From NCBI GenBank assembly GCA_943356525.1, contig CALRFG010000002.1, forward strand, positions 27,783 to 91,782: a stretch of DNA of 64,000 nucleotides, written 5' to 3'. This DNA comes from Candidatus Nomurabacteria bacterium. Lineage in GTDB: Bacteria; Patescibacteriota; Minisyncoccia; Phycocordibacterales; CAIZLB01. Below, piece by piece: positions 1-9,988 of this stretch. Each line of letters begins with the position of its first letter. The first letter of the stretch is position 1. Both the position numbers and the translations under genes were made by a program. A model generated the notes under the pieces. The model searched no databases, was not told where the DNA came from, and saw nothing but the letters and a program-made list of their open reading frames with translations.

Positions 1-3000
1 TGATGATGAGTTTAAAGTGAAGATGAAAAACATAGTTGATGAAAAAACTAAAGACGCATTACGAGACTTGATGGCCTCAACAAAAGCTGATATAGATATG
101 ATTTATATTGGAAAGGTTTTGGATGAAAATCAATATCACAAATTCTCATACAAATTCGGGTCAGCTTTTGAAGCTGGGATTGGAGGTGAGGTTATTTTCA
201 ACATACTTAAAGGTTTAAATATAGCTGATTTACATAAAAAATTGACAATAGATCTCGAAAAAGCCACATCAGTTGAAAGAGAAAAAATCATAAGAAGACT
301 TGGTTTTATAAATGCTATGAAAAAATCAGGTGTAAGACCAGAATGGACTTTCATAAAGGCTCTTCCTGTTATTCCTGCAGCTCTAAGACCTATGGTTGCA
401 TTAGATGGAGGCAGACAAGCTACATCTGATATTAACGATCTTTACAGAAGAGTTATAAACAGAAACAATCGTCTTAAAAAACTATATGATATAAAGGCAC
501 CAGATGTGATCTTAAGAAATGAAAAAAGAATCTTACAAGAAGCGGTTGACGCATTGCTAGATAACTCTATGAAAGGTAATGGTCCTGCATTTTCAGGAAT
601 AAACCCAGGAGCAAAAAGATCACTTAAATCTATCGCAGACAACCTAAAAGGAAAGAGGGGTATTTTCCGTCAAAATCTACTCGGTAAACGTGTTGACTAC
701 TCAGGACGTTCAGTTATCGTTGTGGGGCCTGATCTTAAACTAAATCAATGTGGACTTCCAAAAAATATGGCTTTAGAATTATTCAAACCTTTTGTTATAT
801 CTCAAATACTAAAGAAAGAATTAGCTTTCAGTATAAAAGGTGCAAACAGAATGATTGAAGATAGAGAAGAGATTGTTTGGTCAATACTTGAAGATATTAT
901 TAAAGATAAATATGTTCTCCTTAACCGTGCCCCAACATTACATAGACTCTCAGTACAAGCTTTTCAACCTGTACTTATAGAAGGTAGTGCAATACAACTT
1001 CACCCTTTAGTATGTTCACCTTTTAACGCCGACTTCGATGGAGATACTATGTCAGTTCATGTCCCTCTTTCAGAAGAGGCACAATACGAAGCTCATAATA
1101 TCATGGCCTCAGATAGAAATATTTTGAAACCAGGATCAGGTGAAGCTACTATTACAGATAAAATGCTCGACATCGTAGTTGGATCATATTGGGTAACAAA
1201 ACTTGTTTCTTCAGAAATAGGTGCTGATAAATATTTTGAATCACCAGAAGCTGCTATCATCGCTTTGAATAATGATATCATTTCTCATCGTGCTCCTATA
1301 AAAGTTCTTGCACCTATAGATACAAAGTTTGGAGAATATTCAGGTAAGCTTTTCGACACAAGTGTAGGAAGAATATTATTCAATCAGCTTTTGCCTCAAA
1401 ATATAACTTTTATTAATCGAGAGGTAAATAAAAATGTTATGAACGCTCTAATTGATGAACTTATTATAAAAGAAGGAAGGAATAATGTTGCACCAATCAT
1501 TGACTCAATCAAAAAGTTTGGATTTTCATTTGCGACACGTTCAGGTATAACATGGTCTATTTCAGACATACAAATACCAGAACCAAAATATAAAGTTTTG
1601 GACGATGCCCAAGAGCAAGCTGACTCTATCTATGCAGCCTTCAATCAAGGATTATTATCTGAGATAGAAAAACATGTAAAGATCATTAGACTATGGCAAG
1701 GAGTACAATCTCAGATTGAGAAATTGATTCCAGCAACTCTACCTGAAAATGGTCCTGTTAATGACATGGTCCTTTCTGGAGCTCGTGGATCTGTAGGTAA
1801 CATAAATCAGATGGTTGGTATCAAAGGTCTTATTGCGACCGCACAAGGAACTACTATCGAACTACCAATCAAGTCTTCTTTCAAAGAAGGTCTTACACCT
1901 ATCGAGTATTTCATCTCTACTCACGGTGCACGTAAAGGTATGACAGATACAGCTTTGAACACTGCTAAAGCCGGATACTTAACTCGTAAGCTGTTTATCT
2001 TGGCTCAATCAGTTATCATCACAGAAATCGATTGTAAAACCCATGAATCTATAACTCTTACAAAGAAAACCGCTTCAGGTATTGAAGTAAACTTTAGTAA
2101 AAGTGTTTACGGTAGAATATTGGCCGCTGATGTTTTGGATGAAAATAACGAAGTGTTGTTTAAAAAAGGACAACTACTATCAAAAGATGATGCAAAACTT
2201 ATAGATAAGATGAATATAGAAGCTATAGAAGTTAGATCACCTCTAATATGTAAAACGGATAGAGGTGTATGTTCAAAATGTTATGGAGCAGATATGTCTA
2301 CAGGTGATCTTATAGATGTAGGAGAATCAGTTGGTACTATTGCAGCTCAAGCTATCGGTGAGCCTGGTACACAGCTTACTATGCGTACTTTCCATGCCGG
2401 AGGTGTTGCGCAAACAGGTGGAGATATTACAGCTGGTCTACCTCGTGTAGAAGAGTTGTTTGAAAACAGAACTCCTAAAAATCCAGCAGCTATAGCATCT
2501 CATGACGGGGTAGTTACTGCTGTGATCGAAAAGAATAACGAAAAAATAATTAGAATATTACCTGATGTACCAGTTAAAGCTTCAAAGAAAACTGGAAGTG
2601 AATTGGAATTTTCTGTTCACCCTATACGTATAGTTCAAGTTAAGGTTGGTCAACATGTTCATAAAGGTCAAATCATGACCGATGGTTCAGCTGATGTAAA
2701 TGAGATATACGAATACGCAGGAAAAGGAGAGGCACAGTCATATATTATTGGTGAAGTTAAGAAGATTTATGAATTACAAGGTGTAAATCTTGGACGTAAA
2801 CATATCGAGATAATAGTTCGTGAAATGTTTAATAGAATAGTTATAACTGATAAAGGGGATACTGAACTTTCTATGGGTGATGTTGTTGAAACATTTGAAT
2901 TTATTAGAACAAATAAAAAAGCAGATGAAAATGACACAATGCCAGCCAAAGGTAGAACAGCAATCATGGGTACTATGGAAGGATCATTAAACAGACAATC

Positions 3001-3256
3001 ATTCCTAACAGCTGCTTCATTCCAAAATACAAACCGTATCTTGGTTAATGCATCCCTAAAAGGTCAACATGATCCATTGTACGGTATAATGGAGAATACT
3101 TTGATAGGACGTCTGATACCAGCAGGTACAGGTTTTGTTGGAAGTCAGAAAAATAAAGAAATTGTTGCTCTTCAAAATGAATTAAACGATAGTTATAATG
3201 ATATGCAAGGAGAAGAAGAAGCTGAAGTATACAATATAAAAAGAAAAATTGTCTAG
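1..3256 (+). CDS. rpoC: DNA-directed RNA polymerase subunit beta' (5'-partial; reading frame open to window edge)
   Basis: NADFDGDTM catalytic motif; conserved beta' regions across the 1079-aa ORF; no stop upstream to position 2. Confidence 0.92.
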   Translation, partial: DDEFKVKMKNIVDEKTKDALRDLMASTKADIDMIYIGKVLDENQYHKFSYKFGSAFEAGIGGEVIFNILKGLNIADLHKKLTIDLEKATSVEREKIIRRLGFINAMKKSGVRPEWTFIKALPVIPAALRPMVALDGGRQATSDINDLYRRVINRNNRLKKLYDIKAPDVILRNEKRILQEAVDALLDNSMKGNGPAFSGINPGAKRSLKSIADNLKGKRGIFRQNLLGKRVDYSGRSVIVVGPDLKLNQCGLPKNMALELFKPFVISQILKKELAFSIKGANRMIEDREEIVWSILEDIIKDKYVLLNRAPTLHRLSVQAFQPVLIEGSAIQLHPLVCSPFNADFDGDTMSVHVPLSEEAQYEAHNIMASDRNILKPGSGEATITDKMLDIVVGSYWVTKLVSSEIGADKYFESPEAAIIALNNDIISHRAPIKVLAPIDTKFGEYSGKLFDTSVGRILFNQLLPQNITFINREVNKNVMNALIDELIIKEGRNNVAPIIDSIKKFGFSFATRSGITWSISDIQIPEPKYKVLDDAQEQADSIYAAFNQGLLSEIEKHVKIIRLWQGVQSQIEKLIPATLPENGPVNDMVLSGARGSVGNINQMVGIKGLIATAQGTTIELPIKSSFKEGLTPIEYFISTHGARKGMTDTALNTAKAGYLTRKLFILAQSVIITEIDCKTHESITLTKKTASGIEVNFSKSVYGRILAADVLDENNEVLFKKGQLLSKDDAKLIDKMNIEAIEVRSPLICKTDRGVCSKCYGADMSTGDLIDVGESVGTIAAQAIGEPGTQLTMRTFHAGGVAQTGGDITAGLPRVEELFENRTPKNPAAIASHDGVVTAVIEKNNEKIIRILPDVPVKASKKTGSELEFSVHPIRIVQVKVGQHVHKGQIMTDGSADVNEIYEYAGKGEAQSYIIGEVKKIYELQGVNLGRKHIEIIVREMFNRIVITDKGDTELSMGDVVETFEFIRTNKKADENDTMPAKGRTAIMGTMEGSLNRQSFLTAASFQNTNRILVNASLKGQHDPLYGIMENTLIGRLIPAGTGFVGSQKNKEIVALQNELNDSYNDMQGEEEAEVYNIKRKIV

Positions 3257-3511
3257 TTTGCGTAAGTTTTAGATTTGTTATAATAAAAATGTCCCCGAAC
3301 AACTGACTTAGATATTTCTTTCAGGGAGTTTGTGTAGATTTAAACTTTGGTTTGAATCTTAGAACACCCACCTTAGTTTTTGCTAAGGCTCAGTTCGTTC
3401 GAGGGCTTTAAGAGGGATTGCTTCGTGAGTTTTATGAGTAAGATCATCTGTAGGACGAAGTCCGAGGACTTATGATCGAAACAAAGAAAACGAGCGATCC
3501 TTGCTAAAGCC

Positions 3512-3916
3512 ATGAATTATAACAAAAAACTATTTTTCATAAATCTTTTTTTACTTATTTCACTTATAAGTTTTGATACAATTGCTAAAGTCACAAGTTT
3601 CTATTATTTTTATCCCAACGCTGACATAATTATGCATCTTATAGGCGGATTATCTTTAACTGGCTTAGCTATATCAGTTTTAAAATATGTGAAAATGTAT
3701 AATAAAATTAATGTTTTTATTATAATTTTATTTTTATCTATATTTTGGGAATATGTTGAGTTTAGAATAGGTAGAAATATTCTTATAAATAAAAGCTTTT
3801 GGATAGACACCACTATTGATTTGCTTATGAACTCTATTGGTGGGATAATTGCATATATATGCTTTTACAAAATACCTTTAAAAAGAAAGAATCAGATCAA
3901 AAATCAGACGGACTAA
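3512..3916 (+). CDS. small multi-TM membrane protein, VanZ-like (tentative)
   Basis: hydrophobic segments; C-terminal IDLLMNSIGG resembles the VanZ family end motif. Confidence 0.4.
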   Translation: MNYNKKLFFINLFLLISLISFDTIAKVTSFYYFYPNADIIMHLIGGLSLTGLAISVLKYVKMYNKINVFIIILFLSIFWEYVEFRIGRNILINKSFWIDTTIDLLMNSIGGIIAYICFYKIPLKRKNQIKNQTD

Positions 3917-5307
3917 GTGAATTTACTAAGTTAACATTTTGCGGAGGAGTATCATCTGTTACTGGTGCTAATTTTTTGCTTGAGATAAATAAAGATCAGG
4001 GCACTAAAAAACTCTTAGTTGATTGTGGTATGGAACAAGGCAGTGATAAAGCAAAAATTTATAATGCTTCGCCTTTTATTTTTGACCCTAAGGATATCGA
4101 TATTCTTCTTGTTACCCATGCCCATATGGATCATATAGGCCTTATACCCAAACTTGTTAAACATGGATTCAAAGGTGTTATCTACAGTACACCTGAAACC
4201 CGTGACCTTTGTGTATACATGCTTGAAGATGCGCTCAAGCTCATAACTGAAGATGCAAAACGTAGACACATAGATCCTCTTTATAGTCCAGATGATACTA
4301 GACATGCTTTTGATTTATGGAAGACCATACCTTATCATCAAGATTTTACTTTGTTTTCTGATCTAGGTGTTACTGTTTACCTTAAAGACCCAGGACATGT
4401 TCTTGGTGCATCTATGTTTGAGATACGTATCGAGTTAAATAAAAAACTAAGAAAGTTTTTATTTACAGGAGATCTTGGAAATAGCCCTTCACCGATACTT
4501 AAAGACACTGAACCTATAGAGGGTGTTGATTATGTAATTATGGAAAGTGTGTATGGTGATAGAAATCATGAAGATAGAGAAACTCGTTTACAAAAACTAC
4601 AACAAAGTATAGAGGATACTATAGATAGACAAGGAGTACTCTTGATACCTTCATTTTCTCTAGAAAAAACTCAAGAGATATTATACGAGATGAATAAACT
4701 ATTTGAAGATAAAATAGTTCCTGAGATACCGGTTTATCTTGATTCACCTCTAGCGTCAAAACTCATTCCTATTTATAAAAAATACATAAAAGATTATAAC
4801 GAAGAAGCTAAGAAAAGAAAACAAAAAGGAGATGATATTTTAAATTTTAAAAATCTACATATAGTAGCTTCAGCTGAAGAATCTAAATCAATATTACACA
4901 GTAAAAATCCAAAGATAATCATGGCTGGATCAGGTATGTCCACCGGTGGCCGTATACAGCATCATGAACTTAGTTATCTTCCGGCTCATAACACTATACT
5001 TTTATTTTTAGGCTTTCAGGCGCTTGGTACTTTAGGTCGTGAGATATATGACGGTGCCAAGGTTGTAAATATTTATGATACTGAGGTTCATATAAACTGT
5101 GAGATTAGAAAAATAGATGGATATTCAGGACATAAAGACTCTGATCATTTACAAGAATTTGCAGCAACGGCAGGAGAGTCTTTGAAAAAAGTTTTTGTTA
5201 CTATGGGTGAGAGTAAATCAGCTTTATTCTTAGTACAAAGATTGCGTGATTATTATGACATAGATGCTGTGCATCCTGAGCAAGGAGAGTCTGTTATATT
5301 GTATTAG
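3859..5307 (+). CDS. MBL-fold beta-CASP ribonuclease (RNase J-like)
   Basis: HAHMDHIG (HxHxDH) motif and beta-CASP-like C-terminal half; overlaps upstream ORF by ~58 nt. Confidence 0.7.
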   Translation: MLLQNTFKKKESDQKSDGLSEFTKLTFCGGVSSVTGANFLLEINKDQGTKKLLVDCGMEQGSDKAKIYNASPFIFDPKDIDILLVTHAHMDHIGLIPKLVKHGFKGVIYSTPETRDLCVYMLEDALKLITEDAKRRHIDPLYSPDDTRHAFDLWKTIPYHQDFTLFSDLGVTVYLKDPGHVLGASMFEIRIELNKKLRKFLFTGDLGNSPSPILKDTEPIEGVDYVIMESVYGDRNHEDRETRLQKLQQSIEDTIDRQGVLLIPSFSLEKTQEILYEMNKLFEDKIVPEIPVYLDSPLASKLIPIYKKYIKDYNEEAKKRKQKGDDILNFKNLHIVASAEESKSILHSKNPKIIMAGSGMSTGGRIQHHELSYLPAHNTILLFLGFQALGTLGREIYDGAKVVNIYDTEVHINCEIRKIDGYSGHKDSDHLQEFAATAGESLKKVFVTMGESKSALFLVQRLRDYYDIDAVHPEQGESVILY

Positions 5308-5333
5308 TTTTTGAAAAATGTAGAATACAGTTA

Positions 5334-6206
5334 ATGAATACAGGTGTAGTCAAAAAAAGAATAGAAGAAATAGAAGGTTTGATGCAAAACCCGGATTTTT
5401 GGAGTGACTCAGTTGCGGCACAAAACATGATGAGGGAATTACAGGATTTAAAAACCGAGTTGATCAAGAATGATTTTTCATCGTTCGACTCTATTATCTC
5501 AATCATTGCTGGTGCAGGAGGAGATGACTCTGAGGATTTTGCTTCCATGTTGTATAATATGTATTTTAAATATGCGACAAATAGGGGTTGGGATATTTCT
5601 ATACTTGATTCAAGTCCAAATACACTTGGGGGCTATAAAAATATAATGTTTGAGGTTAAGGGAAAAAATTCTTATGGTATTTTAAAAAATGAATCAGGGG
5701 TTCATAGACTTGTGAGAATGTCACCGTTTAACTCTAAAGGTTTGAGACACACATCTTTTGCATTGGTGGAAGTTGTACCCAAGATAGATACAAATGTTTC
5801 TTTTGATTTAATAGAATCAGACTTAGATATATCTTTTGCAAAATCAGGAGGAGCTGGAGGGCAAAATGTAAACAAAAGAGAAACAGCTGTTCGTGTGGTG
5901 CATAAACCAACAGGTTTATCAGTACATGTTACGGAGGAAAGGTCTCAAGGGCAAAATAAAGAAAGAGCAATAAACATCATAAAGGCGAAACTACTGAAGA
6001 AAAAAGAAGATGATATGAAGTTGAAGGAAAAAGGTTTGTCGACAACAAACACTGTGAGTATAGAATGGGGAAGTCAGATACGGTCCTATGTTTTGCATCC
6101 ATATAAGATGATAAAGGATCATAGATTTGAGTTTGAGAGTAGTGATGTGGAGGGTTTTTTGAATGGTAATATAGATAATGTTCTGAAAGCTGAAAATGGA
6201 TTGTAG
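5334..6206 (+). CDS. prfB: peptide chain release factor 2 (short form, no programmed frameshift site seen)
   Basis: SPF tripeptide and GGQ motif with canonical 45-aa spacing. Confidence 0.8.
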   Translation: MNTGVVKKRIEEIEGLMQNPDFWSDSVAAQNMMRELQDLKTELIKNDFSSFDSIISIIAGAGGDDSEDFASMLYNMYFKYATNRGWDISILDSSPNTLGGYKNIMFEVKGKNSYGILKNESGVHRLVRMSPFNSKGLRHTSFALVEVVPKIDTNVSFDLIESDLDISFAKSGGAGGQNVNKRETAVRVVHKPTGLSVHVTEERSQGQNKERAINIIKAKLLKKKEDDMKLKEKGLSTTNTVSIEWGSQIRSYVLHPYKMIKDHRFEFESSDVEGFLNGNIDNVLKAENGL

Positions 6207-6225
6207 GGGTGTTTTGCCTTGACTT

Positions 6226-6504
6226 TTGTGTTGCAATATGCTATTATATCAATGTATGAAAAGTACCTTAACAGCCCTATCGGGGTTGGTTTTGTTGATT
6301 GTGGCCGCTATTTTAGCGTTTCCTAATCTCCAAGATCAACCGAAAACTTCACAAAAATCTACATCTAGTTTGGTGGTGAAAACCCCACACAAGACGCAGA
6401 TTTTGAAAGAAAAAAAAGAAACAAATGAACCAGAAACAGTGACAGTCCAATTTGGGCTGAATGCTAATTTCAGTCCTAAACCGGGAACTGAAACTGAACA
6501 ATAA
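6226..6504 (+). CDS. small membrane-anchored Lys/Thr/Pro-rich protein (likely starts at internal Met ~6256)
   Basis: one TM helix then low-complexity tail; lies in higher-GC block. Confidence 0.35.
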   Translation: MCCNMLLYQCMKSTLTALSGLVLLIVAAILAFPNLQDQPKTSQKSTSSLVVKTPHKTQILKEKKETNEPETVTVQFGLNANFSPKPGTETEQ

Positions 6505-6531
6505 AACAACTCCCAACAACTACCGAAAATC

Positions 6532-7527
6532 ATGAAAAAATATATCTCCACTATTGTCGCAATGTTCTGCATTGCAAATCTCTGCCTAGCTCAAACGCCT
6601 ATAACTCCAGTCATTATGCCGGATCGTATCTCCATTGGAGAAATCGCCGTCGTTGAGGCTTTAGCTAAAGCGACAACTGTATATGTTGTCTGCGGGTCGG
6701 CATCGACCTTGAGACCGTTTGAGTTTACACAACCTCTTGGTGATGTAGATTCGATAGATGACTTAAAAAAAGTCATTGAAAGGATATATGTAGATTTTGT
6801 TACTATGGATCCAAAAGAGCAAATAAATTTAGCTGTCCGCATCAATGATGTGAATGGAATGAACTTATTTAGGTCTGATACAAGTTTCCAGCTTGAAAAG
6901 GTGCGTGATACACTTAGCAATAAGTTTATTTACCAAACACCATACTACGCTGGGAATCTCTGGTTTAGTTTATGTGATTCAGAAGTACGGGTGCCTGGTG
7001 CTGTTATGGCGCATATGGTAAACCGTAATGGCGACATATATCAACTCAATGTTTTTGATGGGAGAATTCAAATCCCTGGTTGGATGAATCGCTCCGGCGA
7101 ATTTTCCGAGCTCGTGGTTGACAGTGTTCGTTATGATATGAATACTGGTATCAAACTACGTTCTGAAAGGTGTCAACCACAATTTTTAAATGTTGATTTC
7201 AACCAAGTACAAAAGATGGAGTATAGTACTGGTTTAAACAGTATCTACAGTGCTCCGCAGTATGGATATATTCCGAACACTGAAATTAAGCCGACCAACA
7301 GTCAAATGATAATTGAGTTTCAAACTGGGGAATGGAGCTGGGCTTACCCGATTTCTGTTTACATCGCCACATTGGATGATCTCAAGTCAGGAGGAAAAGG
7401 ATGGAAAGTCTACCCTTATTCTACTGGTATGATTATCCCTGTGATTCCAGGAAAAACCTATTATGTTTGGCCTGAATATCAAGATAGCGTGATTGGTTCC
7501 AATGTTGGAACAGGAGGTAAAGGCTAA
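6532..7527 (+). CDS. secreted hypothetical protein (signal peptide), higher GC than surroundings
   Basis: N-terminal MKKYISTIVAMFCIANLCLA signal; 331-aa ORF; no recognisable domain. Confidence 0.6.
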   Translation: MKKYISTIVAMFCIANLCLAQTPITPVIMPDRISIGEIAVVEALAKATTVYVVCGSASTLRPFEFTQPLGDVDSIDDLKKVIERIYVDFVTMDPKEQINLAVRINDVNGMNLFRSDTSFQLEKVRDTLSNKFIYQTPYYAGNLWFSLCDSEVRVPGAVMAHMVNRNGDIYQLNVFDGRIQIPGWMNRSGEFSELVVDSVRYDMNTGIKLRSERCQPQFLNVDFNQVQKMEYSTGLNSIYSAPQYGYIPNTEIKPTNSQMIIEFQTGEWSWAYPISVYIATLDDLKSGGKGWKVYPYSTGMIIPVIPGKTYYVWPEYQDSVIGSNVGTGGKG

Positions 7528-7550
7528 TCTAAATCTCAAAACAATCAACC

Positions 7551-7588
7551 CTCCGGGTGCGTGAAAGCGCATCCGGAGATTTATTTTT
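7551..7588 (+). terminator. rho-independent terminator after 6532..7527
   Basis: CTCCGGGTGCG / CGCATCCGGAG stem followed by ATTTATTTTT. Confidence 0.7.
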
Positions 7589-7639
7589 GTATAAATATAC
7601 ATGGAAAAATATCTCTAAATTTTGGATTCCAGTCAAATG

Positions 7640-7667
7640 TTGACAACTAGGCTTACGAGTGTATTAT
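7640..7667 (+). promoter_or_regulatory. near-consensus sigma70-type promoter (TTGACA-N16-TATTAT)
   Basis: TTGACA 7640-7645, TATTAT 7662-7667. Confidence 0.5.
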
Positions 7668-7674
7668 TAACCCC

Positions 7675-7860
7675 GATGCCTGCCAAGTTCATGGTGGAAA
7701 ATCGTAGGCATTTCGTGCTGTTTATTAGCTTGTATTTAGAACTCAGTTTCCTGATAAGAAACGTGGAGATTATTTTAAAACAGGCCAAAAGCAGTAAATA
7801 CGAGACCTTGTCGACAAACCTGAAAAGGTTAATTGTCGACAAGGTCATTTTTTTATTTAC
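7675..7860 (+). ncRNA. candidate ~185-nt sRNA or cis-regulatory leader (promoter to terminator)
   Basis: bounded by promoter above and the 7803-7860 terminator; internal hairpins; overlapping ORFs judged spurious. Confidence 0.3.
7803..7860 (+). terminator. strong hairpin terminator (14-bp perfect stem containing CCTTGTCGACAA) plus T-run
   Basis: GACCTTGTCGACAA...TTGTCGACAAGGTC then CATTTTTTTATTT. Confidence 0.65.
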
Positions 7861-7927
7861 CTCTTCCAAATCACCATAAAAAATGTTATTTTATATATAT
7901 TAATCAATAATTAAAAAAATAAAAAAT

Positions 7928-8182
7928 ATGTCATTTATAGACACTTTAAAATCATTCTTGGGGTTTACAGTTAGTAAAGAAAATGTAGACGTGGCTACAG
8001 CTCCTATGATGGAAACACCTGTTACTGCTCCAGAACCTTTGACACAAGCTCCTGTTGAAGAGGTTATGGTTCCAGAACCTGTTGCTCATACAATGGAATC
8101 TGATATATCTGCAGAGACTCCTATGGCGGAAACTCCACCTGAGACTGTGACTGAAACAGCTTTGCCAACCGAGAATAAATAA
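7928..8182 (+). CDS. small acidic Pro/Glu/Thr-rich hypothetical protein
   Basis: 84-aa ORF directly upstream of tRNA-Gln; low-complexity. Confidence 0.35.
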   Translation: MSFIDTLKSFLGFTVSKENVDVATAPMMETPVTAPEPLTQAPVEEVMVPEPVAHTMESDISAETPMAETPPETVTETALPTENK

Positions 8183-8188
8183 TTCTCA

Positions 8189-8262
8189 TACCCGATCGTC
8201 TAACGGTAGGACAACGGTTTCTGGAACCGTTAATTGGGGTTCGAGTCCCTGTCGGGTAACCA
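8189..8262 (+). tRNA. tRNA-Gln (anticodon CUG), CCA encoded
   Basis: acceptor TACCCGA/TCGGGTA; D-stem GTCT/GGAC; anticodon stem ACGGT/ACCGT with loop TTCTGGA; T-arm with GGTTCGAGTCC; discriminator A; U1-A72. Confidence 0.8.
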
Positions 8263-8288
8263 ACTTGAGCTAGCACGAGGTGCGCCAT
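8263..8288 (+). repeat. tRNA-Gln trailer core (AACTTGAGCTAGCACGAGGTGCG); prototype of repeat family
   Basis: this exact trailer recurs in 6 downstream intergenic repeats. Confidence 0.7.
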
Positions 8289-8326
8289 TTCTATATTAAT
8301 AAAATCTACTGTATAATTATTTGTAT
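8289..8326 (+). promoter_or_regulatory. conserved promoter/5' module type 1
   Basis: near-identical to 12059-12089; TATAAT 9 nt before ATG. Confidence 0.55.
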
Positions 8327-9862
8327 ATGAAAAATAAACAAAGTGGTTTTGTTGGAATTATTTTAATAATCATCATTCTTGTCTTGATTGGTGGTGGAAC
8401 TTATTTTTATTTCATCAATACTTCTAAAAGTAATTACGAGGAGCAGTTGGCTATCTTAGGTCCCAAAGGAATTTCAAATCTACTTAATCAAAATTCCACA
8501 GGATCATCTGGAATTCAAAAAGAAATATCAAAGAAGATTTTAAATGAGTCTGGTGATATACAAGAGAGAATTGGTCTTGCTCGTATATTAGGTGAATCAA
8601 ACACTGCTGAAGCATTAGAGACACTTTCAAAAGTAATTTTTACAACAAAAAATGAAGAGTTGTATAGAAGTAGTGTGGAACAATTAAGTCGAATGAGTGG
8701 TGCTAGTTCAGAAGAAGAATCTAAGCAAATGACCGATATTGCTATTGCTTCTTATGAAAAGTCGGCACAAAAACCAGAACTATATTATCTGTTTGGAGGG
8801 ATTGTAGCTAAGTTAGGTGAATCTAACGGTGTTAATTTTCTTAGAAATGAAGCAATCAAAGGAGGGTTAACTATTTCATTACTTAATACCAGTAAAAATG
8901 AGTCAGCTAAAGTTTCAATGGAACTATCTAAATCTATTCGTGGAAGATTATCTGTACCAACACTTGCCAATTCTTTACAAATAAATGATCCGAATTCAAC
9001 AGAATTTATTTGGTCTGGACAAGCTTTGTCGTCAATACAATTTCAGGAGGGGGCAGAAGCTCTTTTAAATTGGTCAAAAAACGCACCAGATAATTGCGCT
9101 GAACTAGCTGCGATATGGTTAAGTGGTTTTAGAGACAGTCATTCAATAGATGTAATGCTGGCACTAGATATATCCAATACTCAGTATGTAAGTCAAAAGG
9201 TAAAAAATGAAGTTATGGGTGCTGTTAAAAATTACAAGAAACAATATCAATCATTAATAAACACTCCAGCTCCTGAAAAAATTGATTCAGCAACTCAAAA
9301 GATAAAAATTCTTAAAATGATTGAGGATAAAATACAGAATGATACAATCACAATTGATGATCGTGTTAAATTTCTTGCTGCTTTTACTATTTTAGGCGAT
9401 GAAAAGATAACTAATCAATGGAATATTTTTATAACAAGTCCTGATATGGAAACGGCTAAAAAAAATAAAGATATTTTAATTTATATGTTGTCTGATAAAA
9501 AACAGGTTCCAAAAATTTTAACAATCTCAATTGATCAGGTTAGAAAAAATATTATTGGCAAATGGCAAATGGTGAATGATAATCAATATTTGATTACATA
9601 CATGGGGGATGGAACTTATCAAAATGAAGGAAATAGTTTTAATCATGGTACTTGGAAATTATTAACAAATCTGAAAGAAGAAAAAGATGCTGCGTCTTTT
9701 GAGAGAGAGCTTCCAAATTCAGTGTATTTGAAAATTAATGAATATTCTAATGATAAATATTTGAGCCCAATGTATTACGCTGTTTCTATATCAGATACTG
9801 AAAACTTAAAATATGATTATTTAGGAACCTCAAAGAGTTTTAGTTTTAAGAGAATAAAATAA
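8321..9862 (+). CDS. pilin-like N-terminal (MKNKQSGF + hydrophobic) secreted/membrane protein; true start likely ATG 8327
   Basis: track start is TTG; N-terminus resembles type IV prepilin leader without Glu5. Confidence 0.65.
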   Translation: MYMKNKQSGFVGIILIIIILVLIGGGTYFYFINTSKSNYEEQLAILGPKGISNLLNQNSTGSSGIQKEISKKILNESGDIQERIGLARILGESNTAEALETLSKVIFTTKNEELYRSSVEQLSRMSGASSEEESKQMTDIAIASYEKSAQKPELYYLFGGIVAKLGESNGVNFLRNEAIKGGLTISLLNTSKNESAKVSMELSKSIRGRLSVPTLANSLQINDPNSTEFIWSGQALSSIQFQEGAEALLNWSKNAPDNCAELAAIWLSGFRDSHSIDVMLALDISNTQYVSQKVKNEVMGAVKNYKKQYQSLINTPAPEKIDSATQKIKILKMIEDKIQNDTITIDDRVKFLAAFTILGDEKITNQWNIFITSPDMETAKKNKDILIYMLSDKKQVPKILTISIDQVRKNIIGKWQMVNDNQYLITYMGDGTYQNEGNSFNHGTWKLLTNLKEEKDAASFERELPNSVYLKINEYSNDKYLSPMYYAVSISDTENLKYDYLGTSKSFSFKRIK

Positions 9863-9870
9863 AATTTTCA

Positions 9871-9988
9871 ACTCGCTCAAGTACCATCAAAATAACATCC
9901 TTAAATTATTATAAATAACATTACAGGGTATAGGACTATGTGGTTCCAGCTCAAACCACCTAACCAACTTGAGCGTGCACGAGGTGCA
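9871..9988 (+). repeat. array repeat R1 (long form; diverged tRNA-Gln 3' half + trailer)
   Basis: ends GGTTCCAGCTCAAACCACCTAACCAACTTGAGCGTGCACGAGGTGCA; aligns base-for-base with tRNA T-arm/acceptor/trailer spacing. Confidence 0.75.

Noticed and set aside
136-3302. Several 60-85 aa ORFs antisense to rpoC
   Set aside because: Lie inside a highly conserved gene on the opposite strand. No independent signals.
5307-5334. Programmed frameshift site for prfB
   Set aside because: No CTT TGA C or equivalent slippery motif. The upstream interval is only 27 nt.
7622-7879. Overlapping + and - ORFs (85 and 78 aa) in the sRNA candidate region
   Set aside because: The + ORF starts upstream of the promoter and reads through the terminator hairpin. 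Low-complexity translations. Better explained as non-coding.
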